Positions 18,319 to 28,534 of a DNA stretch of 64,000 bases are shown here, piece by piece (positions within the stretch are counted from its first letter, which is position 1; the number at the start of each line of letters is the position of its first letter). Where the stretch lies: assembly GCA_963699755.1 (NCBI GenBank), contig CAVOVB010000005.1:128001-192000 (forward strand). The letters run 5' to 3'. The notes under the pieces were generated by a model. That model had not been told where the DNA came from, did no database searches, and worked only from the letters and a program-made list of their open reading frames with translations. This DNA comes from an uncultured delta proteobacterium (GTDB lineage: Bacteria > Myxococcota_A > Polyangia > Polyangiales > Houyiibacteriaceae). The translations under genes were made by a program, and so were the position numbers.

Positions 18319-20433
18319 ATGAAGCACACTTGGCTTATTCTCGTATCGGTACTCTTGGTCTCGGCCTGCAGCGAAAGCAGCCCGAGCGGCACGCCCAGCA
18401 GCGGAGGCACATCCGGCGACGGTGGTGCTGGTGGCAATGGGGGCGGCGGCGGCGAAGGTGGCATCGGCGGCAACGGACTGAGCTACCCACTGCTCGACTG
18501 CGACCCGCTCGTTCCACAATTCTGCGGCCACCCCTTCCCTTCGAACGTGTACACCGTCGAAGACAGCGAGACCGTCACGGGCCGCCGCGTCTCCTTCGGC
18601 TCGAATCTGATGCTCGGAAACGATCCGACACCCTGGAACAAGAGCGACGGGTTCTCGGCTGGCTCTCCAATCATCACGTCCCTTCCAGGCATCGCCGTCG
18701 GTCAGTTTGGCGGACCGGACGACATCGACGCATCGCTCTCCGAAGAATCCCCGACGATCGTGCTCGACGTCGAAAGCGGGGAGCTGGTCCCTCACTTTGC
18801 CGAGGTCGACATCCGCGCGCCCAGCGCAGAGCAGCGTTCCACGATGATTCGCCCGGTCGTGAGATTGCGCGATGACAAGCGCTACATCGTCGCGTTCCGG
18901 AATCTGAAAAACGAGGACGACGAGCTCATCGAAGCCTCGCCGGCCTTTGCCGCCCTGCGCGACGAGACCGCGAGCGACGATGAATCGGTCGACGCGCGGC
19001 GTGATCTCTACGACGACATTTTCGCGGCTCTAGCGGCCAAGGGCTGGGAACGCGGCGAGATCCAGATCGCCTGGGACTTCAACACCGCAAGCGACGCCAA
19101 CAACACCGACTGGCTCGTGCACATGCGGGATACGGCATTCGAGCTGGTCAAGGACGGCATCGAATACACCATCGATCAGGTCGACACCGAGTTCCCGGGC
19201 GACACGACCAAGACCGAGAACATCGCGTTCCGTATCAACGGCACGTTCAAGGCGCCTCAATTCATGACCAACGCCTTTGCGGGCTCGCTGCTCGTCTTCG
19301 GGGAAGACGGCCTGCCCGCCGTGAACGAAGAGACCCCGTGGGTGGACGTGCCCTTCGAGGTGATGATTCCGAAGAGCGCGACCGAAGAAAACCCGGCTGC
19401 CACCATCGAATACGGTCACGGGCTCCTCGGCACCAAGGGCCAGATCGAATCGGGTCACTTCAGCACCTTCATGAACACGTACAACTATGCGTTCTGCGGG
19501 ACGGACCTCATCGGAATGTCGGCCTCCGACTTCGTCATCATCGCGGCCACCCTTGCCGGCGGCAAGATTTCGCTCTTGGAGACCATGTTCGACCGTCTGC
19601 ATCAGGGTTTTCTCAACCACGTCCTGCTCATCCGCATGATGAAGACGAGCTTCGCGAACGACCCGACCTATGGCAAGTACATCAAGGGCAATGAGGCCTA
19701 TTATTACGGGATCAGCCAGGGCGGCATCATGGGCTCCGTGGTCATGGCCCTGAGCCCCGACATCGAACGCGGCGCGCTCGGTGTGATGGGGCAGCCCTAC
19801 AGCCTGCTCCTGTTCCGGAGCGTCGACTTCAATCAGTTCCTCGACGCCATGAAGGGGCCCTATCCCGATTACCGTGAGCAGCAGTTCCTGGTGGGGCTGT
19901 TCCAGATGCTCTGGGACCGGGTCGAGCCAACGGGCTACACGCACCACATTCGGGAGAATCCGCTCCCGAACACGAACACCAAGGAGGTCTTGACCAGGGT
20001 CGCGATCGGCGATCACCAGGTCACTACCTACGCCGGCCACCTCATGGCCAGGACGCTCAAGGCGCCTCACCTGACCACCGGGTTACGCGACATCTGGGGG
20101 CTCACGCCCGTCGCATCGACGCAGGGCGGCAGCTTCTACACCGAATACGACTTCGACGTCCCCGGGCAGCCGGCTTGCAACGTCCCTCAGTGGCTCTGCA
20201 ACGATCCCCACGAGTATCCTCGGCGACGCACATCCGCGCGCATCCAGCTCGATGAATTCCTTCGTCAGGGCACCGGTACGAATCACTGCATGCCGGGTGA
20301 CGACGATGAATACCAGGTCCCCGTGGAGGCGGGCGTAGGCGTCTGCACCTATCCGACCCTGAGCGGCTGCACCATGAACGAAACCGAGGCGGACACGGCG
20401 GCGCTCTGCGTACCAGGCGCCGCGCCTCCCTAG
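18319..20433 (+). CDS. Lipoprotein with Gly-rich linker and alpha/beta-hydrolase (lipase-like) domain
   Basis: Lipobox signal MKHTWLILVSVLLVSAC; Gly/Ser linker; YGHGLLG oxyanion-like motif; YYGISQGG nucleophile elbow; Cys-rich tail. Confidence 0.75.
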   Translation: MKHTWLILVSVLLVSACSESSPSGTPSSGGTSGDGGAGGNGGGGGEGGIGGNGLSYPLLDCDPLVPQFCGHPFPSNVYTVEDSETVTGRRVSFGSNLMLGNDPTPWNKSDGFSAGSPIITSLPGIAVGQFGGPDDIDASLSEESPTIVLDVESGELVPHFAEVDIRAPSAEQRSTMIRPVVRLRDDKRYIVAFRNLKNEDDELIEASPAFAALRDETASDDESVDARRDLYDDIFAALAAKGWERGEIQIAWDFNTASDANNTDWLVHMRDTAFELVKDGIEYTIDQVDTEFPGDTTKTENIAFRINGTFKAPQFMTNAFAGSLLVFGEDGLPAVNEETPWVDVPFEVMIPKSATEENPAATIEYGHGLLGTKGQIESGHFSTFMNTYNYAFCGTDLIGMSASDFVIIAATLAGGKISLLETMFDRLHQGFLNHVLLIRMMKTSFANDPTYGKYIKGNEAYYYGISQGGIMGSVVMALSPDIERGALGVMGQPYSLLLFRSVDFNQFLDAMKGPYPDYREQQFLVGLFQMLWDRVEPTGYTHHIRENPLPNTNTKEVLTRVAIGDHQVTTYAGHLMARTLKAPHLTTGLRDIWGLTPVASTQGGSFYTEYDFDVPGQPACNVPQWLCNDPHEYPRRRTSARIQLDEFLRQGTGTNHCMPGDDDEYQVPVEAGVGVCTYPTLSGCTMNETEADTAALCVPGAAPP

Positions 20434-20442
20434 GGCTCGAGC

Positions 20443-20970
20443 GTGCACCCGAAAAAAAAGACATGGCTCGCCATCAACGCCGTTGGTGGCGCAGCCGTGC
20501 TCGGGAGCTACGTTCACGGACTTCTGACCCATCCGGAGACGCGAAACGCGCTATGGGGCTCGATGCCCGAAGAGCTGAAGGCCGTGTACGGGGTCACGAT
20601 GTGGCTCGCGGCGGGCGGGTACTTCTTGTTCTCGTACTACTTTCTGATTCGAACCGACGCCGACGAGCTCCGATTCGGGCGCCTCGGCTTCGGTCTGCTC
20701 AACGCCCTGTACGCGCTGATCATGGTGACCTCCGCGCTCTGGATGCCCCTGACCTTTGCCTATTTCGAAAGACCGACATCGGCGGCCTGGCTCCTGGTGC
20801 GGGCCGACTTGCTGCTCGCAGGCCTGGGCTCGATCGGTTTGATGATCGCGCTGTTCACGATGAAGCCTCGCGCAGAAGGCCTCGCCGCCGTGCTTGCGCT
20901 CCTCGGGCTCCTGCTCTTCTCGCTGCAAACCGCATTCCTCGACCCGCTGGTCTGGCCGGAGTTCTTTTAG
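20443..20970 (+). CDS. Hypothetical membrane protein
   Basis: About 5 hydrophobic segments, GC3-rich codon usage, 9 bp downstream of the lipoprotein gene. Confidence 0.7.
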   Translation: MHPKKKTWLAINAVGGAAVLGSYVHGLLTHPETRNALWGSMPEELKAVYGVTMWLAAGGYFLFSYYFLIRTDADELRFGRLGFGLLNALYALIMVTSALWMPLTFAYFERPTSAAWLLVRADLLLAGLGSIGLMIALFTMKPRAEGLAAVLALLGLLLFSLQTAFLDPLVWPEFF

Positions 20971-21863
20971 CTCGTCGAAGCCTTCTTAGGAAACCAGGGC
21001 ACGAGCCCGCTCACTTGCTTCATGTGCTCGGCGTACTCCGGACGCCGCTCGCAGCTTCGCCGATCCATCCATGGAATCGAGACGCCGAGGAACATCCCAG
21101 TCATCATCAGCGGCCCGGCAAGCGTCCAGACGAAGCTTCGGTCCGCCGCAAGCCCGAAGAGGTAGAGCCCCCACCAAAACGAGAGCTCGCCGAAGTAGTT
21201 CGGATGGCGCGAATACTTCCAGAGACCGGTCTTGATGATCTCGCCGGGACGTTTGACCTTGGCAAAGGCGACGAGCTGCTGATCGGCGACCGTCTCTACC
21301 GTGATTGCGCCCGCCGTGACGGTGAGCGCCAGCAGGTCGATCCAGGAAAGCGGATTGCTGCCCTGGGTGAGTGCCACCCAGGCGCCGCTGAGACTGAGCA
21401 ATACCTGGACCGTCGGGAAGAGGTGAATGCCAAATAGGTCGGTGAGGAACCAGAGCTTCGGCGCCTTCTCTCGCATGATCAGATAGCGCCAATCGCTGTG
21501 ATGAAGCCCCGGCCAGCTCCGCGCCCAATTGTAGGTGAGGCGTACGCCCCACCAGGTCACCAAGAACAGCACCGCGCCCGCACGAACCGGGTTGACCGGC
21601 TCTGTGGCGTGAAAAACCCAATAGAAAACGATGACGACCGGCGCGACCGACCAGTACGCGTCGTACATACTGGAGCACTTGAGCCCCCGCGAGAACGCGA
21701 AAATCACGAAGGTGGCGGCGAGGTCGGCGATAGCGACGGTCCAAAAGGAGTCCAGCTCTTTTGGAACGAAGAGGAGGGACAGCCATGCGACCGCGAAGGC
21801 CACAAGATACCCTGCTGCCACCCAAGAGAAGGAGGCTCGACGGCTCCAGCGAGGCGCGGTCAT
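20967..21863 (-). CDS. DUF1295 (steroid 5-alpha-reductase-like) membrane protein
   Basis: SMYDAYWS, DWRY, ADQQL and GLWKYSRHPNYFGE motifs. Confidence 0.9.
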   Translation of the reverse strand: MTAPRWSRRASFSWVAAGYLVAFAVAWLSLLFVPKELDSFWTVAIADLAATFVIFAFSRGLKCSSMYDAYWSVAPVVIVFYWVFHATEPVNPVRAGAVLFLVTWWGVRLTYNWARSWPGLHHSDWRYLIMREKAPKLWFLTDLFGIHLFPTVQVLLSLSGAWVALTQGSNPLSWIDLLALTVTAGAITVETVADQQLVAFAKVKRPGEIIKTGLWKYSRHPNYFGELSFWWGLYLFGLAADRSFVWTLAGPLMMTGMFLGVSIPWMDRRSCERRPEYAEHMKQVSGLVPWFPKKASTS

Positions 21864-21873
21864 GAGGCTTCGA

Positions 21874-22452
21874 TCAGCCGTTCAGGTTCTGGTTCGCGAA
21901 GTCCCAGTTGACCAGCGAATCGAGGAAGATCTTGATGTAGTCGGGGCGAGCGTTGCGGTAGTCGATGTAGTACGCGTGCTCCCAGACATCGATCGTGAGA
22001 AGCGGCTTCGCGCTCGTGGTGATCGGCGTCTCGGCGTTCAGCGTCTTTTTGACGGCGAGCTTGTCGCCCTCGGCTACCAGCCAGGCCCAGCCGGAGCCGA
22101 ACTGCGTCGCCGCGGCGTTGGAAAACTCCGCGCTGAACTTGTCGTAGCTGCCGAAGCTTCCATTGATCGCGTCGGCGATCGCCCCGCTTGGCGCGCCGCC
22201 GCCGCCCGGCTTCATGCTGTTCCAGTAGAAGGTGTGGTTCCAAACCTGGGCCGCGTTGTTGAACGTCGCCCCGCCTTCACGAATGATGTCGACCAAGGAC
22301 TTGCTCGCGAGATCGGTGCCTTCGATCGCCGCGTTGAGCTTGCTGACGTAGCCCGCGTGATGCTTGCCGTAGTGGTACTCGATCGTCTCGGCGCTGAGGT
22401 GGGGCTGTAGGGCATCTTTGGCCCACGGAAGGGCCGGCAGTTCGATCGCCAT
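21874..22452 (-). CDS. sodB: Superoxide dismutase, Fe-type
   Basis: HYGKHH, FNNAAQVWNH (Fe-type signature), FGSGWAWL and DVWEHAYY; start MAIELPALP. Confidence 0.93.
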   Translation of the reverse strand: MAIELPALPWAKDALQPHLSAETIEYHYGKHHAGYVSKLNAAIEGTDLASKSLVDIIREGGATFNNAAQVWNHTFYWNSMKPGGGGAPSGAIADAINGSFGSYDKFSAEFSNAAATQFGSGWAWLVAEGDKLAVKKTLNAETPITTSAKPLLTIDVWEHAYYIDYRNARPDYIKIFLDSLVNWDFANQNLNG

Positions 22453-22584
22453 GTTTCTCATCTCCGTGCTTGGTGAAGGACCTACGAGCGGTCCGGGGAC
22501 CCATCGGATGGGCCGACGAAGCGAGAGCCTAGGTTCCCGCGAATCCTTGATCAAGGCCTAGGGCTGCCCAAACTGATGTCCAGG

Positions 22585-24216
22585 CTAAGGTGCCAGGCTG
22601 GGGGCTTGCGCGTTGGGGCTCTCGGGGCTCTGCATTTCGACCAGACTCCGCTCGCCGTCCCTGACCGCCCAGGCAGCCCAGAAGGATTGCTGGCCCTCCT
22701 GTGCTCCAACGCCGTCGAGCAGGAACCAATCCGCTTGGGCTTTGTCGGGCTGGAGGTCGAGGATGAGGTACCCCCTGCGTTCGACCTCGTAGTCCCGAAC
22801 ATGCGCTTCGGCGCCAAAAATCCCGGCGATGGCCTCGGAAATGCCGGTCGCTGCGCTGATCCCAGGGACGACGAGCTCGACGGCGACCGCGGCATCGCGC
22901 GAGGTCTCGGTGTAGCTGCCATCATCGATGGTGACATCCATGGCCCAACTGCTGTGAACGTCGCCAGTCACGACGACGACATTCGAAATTTCGTTGTCGC
23001 GCAGGAAGCTCACGAGGCGATTGCGCGCCTTGTAGCCCTGCCACTGATCATCGTTGCCATAAAGATACGGACCGATCTTCCACAGGCTCAGGACGACTTG
23101 GCTTCCCAGTACCTTCCATCTGGCGCGGCTGTTGCGGAGTTGGTCAAATAGCCATCCTTCCTGCTCGGAGCCGAGGAGTTGGTCGGGCAATTGGGGTTCG
23201 TCGGGACGAAACCCGAGGGAGCCAAGCTGCTCCTCGCGGCCTTCGATGCGGGTGTCGAGCATGATGATGTCCGCCAGATCTCCGTACTTCAGGGTGCGAT
23301 AAAGCTTTTGGCCTGGATTGTCGCGGATCGGGATCCACTCGAAGAAGGCCTGCCTCGCGGCCGCGACTCGCTTGGACCATTCACCTTCACCGTCTGGATC
23401 ACAGGGCTGGCTGCAGTTGGGATCGGGCGCCGTGTGATTTTCCGCGCCGCCTATCCACGCGTTGTTCGCGGTTTCGTGATCGTCCCAGACTACGATGAAC
23501 GGCATCTGGCGGTGGAGCTCCTGCAGGTGGGGATCGCGTCGATATTGGCTCAAACGCGTCCGGTAGTCGTCGAGTGTGACGGTTTCGTGCGGCGGCTCGA
23601 GGGATCGGAGTTGCTGACCGCTGTTCGGGTCATCGCCATACTCATAGTAGTAGTCGCCGAGGTGAACGATCGCGTCGAGGTCCGCCCGCACCGCCATGTG
23701 GCCGTAGCCATGGAAGTATCCGAGGCTGTAGTCCGCGCATGAGCAGACTCCGAACCGAAGCCTGGCGGTCGCGTTGCCCTTGGGTGCCAGCCGGGTGCGA
23801 CCGACGGGACTCCAACGTCCCCGCGCAGCAAAACGGAAATAGTAATTCCGACCCCAGAGCAAACCAGGCACATCGACCTTCGCCGTGTAGTCGCGAGATG
23901 CATCGGTCATCAACGTGCCTTGCGCGGTTCGTTCCATGAATTCTTCGTCGAGGGCCATCTCCCACCACACCTCGACGGGCTCCGAGGTCTCCGAAGTGAC
24001 ACGAGTCCAGATGATGACGGCGTCCGTCAGTGGATCGCCGCTTGCAACGCCGTGCTGGAATAGGTCGACGGGACCTAGCGGTCCCTCCCATTCGTAGTTC
24101 GGGAGGACGGGCAGCGGCGGCGAAGCAGCGTCGCTGCCGCTGCATCCACCGAGCAGCAAGGGACTCAGGCCGGCTGCGCCCATCCCTTTGAGGATTTCCC
24201 TTCGACTGAACTGCAT
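22585..24216 (-). CDS. phoD: Alkaline phosphatase D family, Tat-exported lipoprotein
   Basis: SRREILK Tat motif plus LLGGC lipobox; FQHGVASGDP, HLGDYYYE, WDDHE and TGDVHS. Confidence 0.93.
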   Translation of the reverse strand: MQFSRREILKGMGAAGLSPLLLGGCSGSDAASPPLPVLPNYEWEGPLGPVDLFQHGVASGDPLTDAVIIWTRVTSETSEPVEVWWEMALDEEFMERTAQGTLMTDASRDYTAKVDVPGLLWGRNYYFRFAARGRWSPVGRTRLAPKGNATARLRFGVCSCADYSLGYFHGYGHMAVRADLDAIVHLGDYYYEYGDDPNSGQQLRSLEPPHETVTLDDYRTRLSQYRRDPHLQELHRQMPFIVVWDDHETANNAWIGGAENHTAPDPNCSQPCDPDGEGEWSKRVAAARQAFFEWIPIRDNPGQKLYRTLKYGDLADIIMLDTRIEGREEQLGSLGFRPDEPQLPDQLLGSEQEGWLFDQLRNSRARWKVLGSQVVLSLWKIGPYLYGNDDQWQGYKARNRLVSFLRDNEISNVVVVTGDVHSSWAMDVTIDDGSYTETSRDAAVAVELVVPGISAATGISEAIAGIFGAEAHVRDYEVERRGYLILDLQPDKAQADWFLLDGVGAQEGQQSFWAAWAVRDGERSLVEMQSPESPNAQAPSLAP

Positions 24217-24299
24217 ATCTATCCTCTGATGAATCTTCCGGACGCGAGCCCCGCGAGGCTATCCGGATTTGCGGAAGGCTGCTAGCGCTTGCCGTGGCG

Positions 24300-25466
24300 C
24301 TAGCCGAAAACGCGTACGAGCAGTGCGAAGGTGCCGACGGCGGCTCCTGCGACGGACGTCACATCGACGATCGCCCTGCCGAGGTCGCGGCCTCTGAGCC
24401 ACTGAAGGATGGGCCAGACCATGAACAGGATCGCAAGCTGGCCGAGCTCCACGCCGACGTTGAACCCAAAGAGCGCCCGGACGAGCTGAGCGCGCGGGAG
24501 CTCTTGTTCGAGGAGCACCCCGGAGAAGCCGAGGCCATGGACGAAGCCAAAGAGACAAGCGATCAGCCAACGAAGCCGGCCTCCGCCACCCAAGTTCCGA
24601 AGCAGAGCGAAGTAACAGGCTGTGAACAAGGCGATGCCCCAGAACGCGGGGAGCCCTCCGAACAGGGCGCTGGCGGCAAAGAGCAGGACAGCGCCGAGGA
24701 TGACGAGCACGCCACCGCGAACCTGCTCCATACCGACGTTCTCGAGCGAAACCAGCAAGATCGACGCTGCGATGGTGGCTTCCACCGCGCGGGCGTGGGG
24801 AACGACGACACCCAAGGCCGCGCCGGCTAGCGTCACGCTGTGGCCGACGGTGAAGCCGGTCACCAGAACGGCGACGTCGCGAAGCCGCCGAGCGGCGACG
24901 ATCAAGAGAAAGAGAAACGCGAGATGATCCCAGCCACTGAGGATGTGCTCGATGCCGAGGCGCAGGTAGCTTCCGAGCTCTCCGGCCCCGGCCCGCGCAC
25001 CGGTCGAGTCGATCGCGGCCCTTGGAGCCGCGGGGGAGAGGACGACGTCACTGGACTCGGGCCCGAGAATCGTTGCGAAGTGCACATGATTGCGAAGGGA
25101 AGTGAACAAGCGACTGTGGAGGCTCCTTGGTGGGGACGCACAGCGAACCCGCCACTCGAGCCGAAGCCAGCCGGGCTCGGCCGGAAGCCAGGTCTCGCTC
25201 GATGGCACCGGTTCGCAGGCGCCGCCGTCGTATTCCAGAACCAGCTTGGTTTGAAGATACGAAACCACGGCGGAGCGATCGAAGGTCTCGACGGACTGGT
25301 CGACTGCGATTGGGAGCGACGTAAGCTCGAGCCAGCGGACTCTGATCTCGGCGAGCGCCCCACCCTCGAGCAGCGTCCACTTCGAGTAGGAAACACTCTT
25401 CTGATGGGCTTGCGCGGGCGCTGGCAATGAGAGGCCGAGGAGAAGCACCGGAACGAGTAGGCGCAT
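24300..25466 (-). CDS. HupE/UreJ family membrane protein with N-terminal periplasmic domain
   Basis: Signal ending AQAH; GIEHILSGWDHL, FTVGHSVTL, FGFVHGLGF and FNVGVELGQ. Confidence 0.9.
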   Translation of the reverse strand: MRLLVPVLLLGLSLPAPAQAHQKSVSYSKWTLLEGGALAEIRVRWLELTSLPIAVDQSVETFDRSAVVSYLQTKLVLEYDGGACEPVPSSETWLPAEPGWLRLEWRVRCASPPRSLHSRLFTSLRNHVHFATILGPESSDVVLSPAAPRAAIDSTGARAGAGELGSYLRLGIEHILSGWDHLAFLFLLIVAARRLRDVAVLVTGFTVGHSVTLAGAALGVVVPHARAVEATIAASILLVSLENVGMEQVRGGVLVILGAVLLFAASALFGGLPAFWGIALFTACYFALLRNLGGGGRLRWLIACLFGFVHGLGFSGVLLEQELPRAQLVRALFGFNVGVELGQLAILFMVWPILQWLRGRDLGRAIVDVTSVAGAAVGTFALLVRVFG

Positions 25467-26212
25467 CAGTCGAGCTCCACGCGGATGTCGCTGCGCTGGC
25501 GAGCGAGCTCGAGGTACTCACGCACTGCGGCCTCACTCCGATCCCGAAGGTACGCGGCCTCGACGGCTTCGCGCGCTTCTTCGAATGGCGCTACGGTCCC
25601 GTCGCGACGTTCGAGCAGACGAACCGTGTACTGCCGCTCTCCCTCCGCGAACCGAAACCGTTCGCCGACTTCGAGCTCCGCGACACGCCGCGCGGCGGTC
25701 GGGCCGAGGCGCTGCTCGATCTCCTTCAGCAAGAGAAAGCCTTCCGGTAGAGGCACCGACGCTCCTTCGACGGCTATCCGGTACTGCGCGCTACGCTCGA
25801 ATCGAAAACGCTGCTCCTCGTAGAACGCGCGGAGTGCTGCCTCGTCCGCCGTTCTCGCCTCGTCCTCTGAGCGACGCACCAGGAAATCGATCATCGCGGT
25901 GACGAGCTGGTTTCGCATTTGCGGGTCACGTTCGTGCAGGCCGAGCTCGATCGCGCGATCGATCAGCAGCTCTTGATCGATCAAGCGCTGCAGCACCCGC
26001 TCGCGATCGTCTTCGCGCAATATCCCACCTTTGCGGTCAGCGGCGACCGCCTGAAGGGCAGCCTCATAAGAGCTCCGCGAGATAGGACGCTCGTTCACCC
26101 AGGCAACCGCATCGGCCGTTGGCTCGGCTGATTGCGGCAGGCGCACGATGTAGAAGACAGCCAAGACGGCGCCGGCGAGCATCCCGCTGGCAAGCAGCCA
26201 CGGCCGGCTCAT
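25466..26212 (-). CDS. SurA-N / peptidyl-prolyl isomerase-like chaperone
   Basis: AWVNERPI, LQRLIDQELL..RA.ELGL and PFEEAR motifs; ATGA overlap with the DUF3604 gene. Confidence 0.8.
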   Translation of the reverse strand: MSRPWLLASGMLAGAVLAVFYIVRLPQSAEPTADAVAWVNERPISRSSYEAALQAVAADRKGGILREDDRERVLQRLIDQELLIDRAIELGLHERDPQMRNQLVTAMIDFLVRRSEDEARTADEAALRAFYEEQRFRFERSAQYRIAVEGASVPLPEGFLLLKEIEQRLGPTAARRVAELEVGERFRFAEGERQYTVRLLERRDGTVAPFEEAREAVEAAYLRDRSEAAVREYLELARQRSDIRVELD

Positions 26213-28419
26213 CGCTCGGAACCGGCGAGCAAGAAAATCGGCGAGGACCAAGCGCGCTCTTCACTGTCGACCAGGCAGTCGTCTTCGGCGGGTGTGCGGA
26301 AGTTGCCGTAGCAGGGCTTGCACTCACCTCCCTGACATCGAAGCTCGCCACCATTGACCGTTGGCGTGGGTTCCTGGATGGCACGGGCGTAGTACAGAAG
26401 GTCCCTGCCGAGCTCCCGGAAAGAAGGATCTTCGAACTCGACGACGCAGAGCTCCGGCCCTTCGGGGCAAGGGATCGTTTTCCAGGGGTCTTGGATGAGG
26501 TCGGCGACTGGCTCGCGCTCACTCCCTTGCCGTTGGATGCGGATCACCTCGATGCGAGTGATCCGACGTCGTCGGTCACCGGGGTTGTAACACTCGCCAG
26601 CACAGATGCGTTCGATCCGCTCCTCGCCGAGCGACTGAATCACGTCGGGCGCGCAGCCGGGCTTCTGCTCGAACGAGCCGGCCGCACGCACCTCGAACCT
26701 GGGAGTACCCGTGAACGCGAGCTCGCTTCCCATCGGCGACACGCCCTCGGGGCCGTTCTTCAAGTCGAACCAGAGCAAGATGCGGTCCCCAGAGGTGCCG
26801 TAGACGTTGCGCTTCTGAAGCGCGTCCCAAATCGCTTCGCGTGTCCGCTCGGTCGCATGAACCGCCACGAGGCCACCGGTGACGAAGAACGACGCCTGCC
26901 GCTCCATCCACATCAGCTCGAAGGGCGGCCGCTCCATCAGGCTGTCAATCGTGTACGAAACCGACTCAGGGTCGGGCTTGCCGCGTTCGCCAAACATCGA
27001 TGCGCGCCAGGACTCGCTTGGCGCACCGCGCGCCTCGGTCATCCGGCGTCGTGCAAACTCTTTGTAACCGGTGCCCGGACGCGCGGAGTGATTGTCGCTC
27101 GAGGCGATGAAGCCCATCGTCGCATGGCGCGGCTCTTCTGGGTTCTCGAAGTTGCCCTTCGCCAACATGTACTGCACCGAGCCGCCGGGCCGGTATTGAT
27201 AGGCCGGCAAATAGCAATCGGTACATTGGCCGCAGTTGCCCCAATCCGGCACGTCCTCGCCCGGGAGCGTCACGTGTCCGGCGAGGCCCACGCGTAGATA
27301 GTCCGCTCTCGCCTTCTCGACTCGCTGCTCACAGCGATCGGAGTGAGGGTCGTCGCATCGTTGGCGGATGACCTCCCCGGCTCGCCAGCAACAAGGCTCG
27401 TAGCCCTCGCTTGGCTCGGGACACTCGGGCCCGTCTTCGGTGAAGTCGATCTCGGTGAAGTCTCGGTACTCTTCGGAGTTCCCATGGCCGGAGAAAACCT
27501 CGACCAGACGCTGGAGCTTCTCGTCGTCTAGGTCGGCGCGGAGCTGTTTGTCCCAGGTGTAGCCGAGCGGCGTGTAGAAACCCCAGGTCGTTCCATGCGG
27601 AATGACCAGGGTGTCCAAGCCCCATTCGTGGAGCTTCCGAAAGAGGACATCTGGAGTCTCGGCGCGCTCGCGACAATTCGGAGGAAGCTCCTTGCTGTTC
27701 ACCCCATCGGGGCAAAACGGATACTCCGCGTTTTCACGAATGTGGCGCGCGAAGTCGAGATAGACCTGCTGGTTCGGAAACGACCGCGCCGGGACAGAGA
27801 GTAGCGGCCAGAGCGCGCTGAGCTTGGAGAAGGCCCGGGTCGTCAGTCCGGGCGCTGCGATTGGACGGGCCGGGAGCTGGGCGTCGCTGTCGTACTCGAA
27901 GATGACGTTCTTGTGGCCGAAATGCTCTTCGGGCGTGAGTGCGACCTGTGTCCATTCAAAGCCGGTGAACGCGATGGTATCGGGCTGCTCGCTCCCGGCG
28001 GCGACCGCGTTGCACTGACGCACAGAGCTCCGTGTCATCTCCCAGGTTCGCGGATTGAGCGCCTCTGCGTGGTCTGTGAGCGCGTAGAAATCGAGCTGGG
28101 AGCAGAAGCGCGCGAAGTCGCAGGCGTCGGCGGGCGGATGAACACCCTCGCCCCCCATCAATGGCAGGCCCCACATGAAGGCATCCACCGAAAGCGTCGT
28201 GTGGACGTGGAGGTCACCGAAGAGGATTCGGTTGGTCTCCTCCGGCGCTGCCCGCTTCTGCCCGGCGAGGCGGGCGGCAACGTGCTCAGGCGCGAGCGCA
28301 ACGCGCGCGATCTCGCCGTCGAGCTGTTCCTTGGCCCCTCCATAGACGAGCCAGAAAGCCAATACCAAGAGCACCAGGCCGAGGACGACCGTAAGACAAC
28401 CCTTTTTCCACCAAGCCAC
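26209..28419 (-). CDS. DUF3604 domain protein (PHP-like putative metallohydrolase)
   Basis: FGDLHVHT..S.DA, LDFYALTDH, GFEWT, IPH, E..SGHG.SE, ASSDNHSARPG, YGTSG.RI and ERAWSSPI. GTG start chosen ahead of the membrane anchor. Confidence 0.88.
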   Translation of the reverse strand: MAWWKKGCLTVVLGLVLLVLAFWLVYGGAKEQLDGEIARVALAPEHVAARLAGQKRAAPEETNRILFGDLHVHTTLSVDAFMWGLPLMGGEGVHPPADACDFARFCSQLDFYALTDHAEALNPRTWEMTRSSVRQCNAVAAGSEQPDTIAFTGFEWTQVALTPEEHFGHKNVIFEYDSDAQLPARPIAAPGLTTRAFSKLSALWPLLSVPARSFPNQQVYLDFARHIRENAEYPFCPDGVNSKELPPNCRERAETPDVLFRKLHEWGLDTLVIPHGTTWGFYTPLGYTWDKQLRADLDDEKLQRLVEVFSGHGNSEEYRDFTEIDFTEDGPECPEPSEGYEPCCWRAGEVIRQRCDDPHSDRCEQRVEKARADYLRVGLAGHVTLPGEDVPDWGNCGQCTDCYLPAYQYRPGGSVQYMLAKGNFENPEEPRHATMGFIASSDNHSARPGTGYKEFARRRMTEARGAPSESWRASMFGERGKPDPESVSYTIDSLMERPPFELMWMERQASFFVTGGLVAVHATERTREAIWDALQKRNVYGTSGDRILLWFDLKNGPEGVSPMGSELAFTGTPRFEVRAAGSFEQKPGCAPDVIQSLGEERIERICAGECYNPGDRRRRITRIEVIRIQRQGSEREPVADLIQDPWKTIPCPEGPELCVVEFEDPSFRELGRDLLYYARAIQEPTPTVNGGELRCQGGECKPCYGNFRTPAEDDCLVDSEERAWSSPIFLLAGSER

Positions 28420-28534
28420 GCGGGCCGAAGCATAGGTCGGGATATTGGGCTGTCCAAACAATCTCGCCGCTAGGCCATCGCCTTGAGGATTCCGGGTCAC
28501 CCATGCTACGAAAAAGAGAAGTGGGGGCGCGAAG

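Noticed and set aside
22545..22556. Perfect palindrome ccttgatcaagg upstream of sodB
   Set aside because: It has FNR-like half-sites but lacks the TTGAT-N4-ATCAA spacing, and occurs once.
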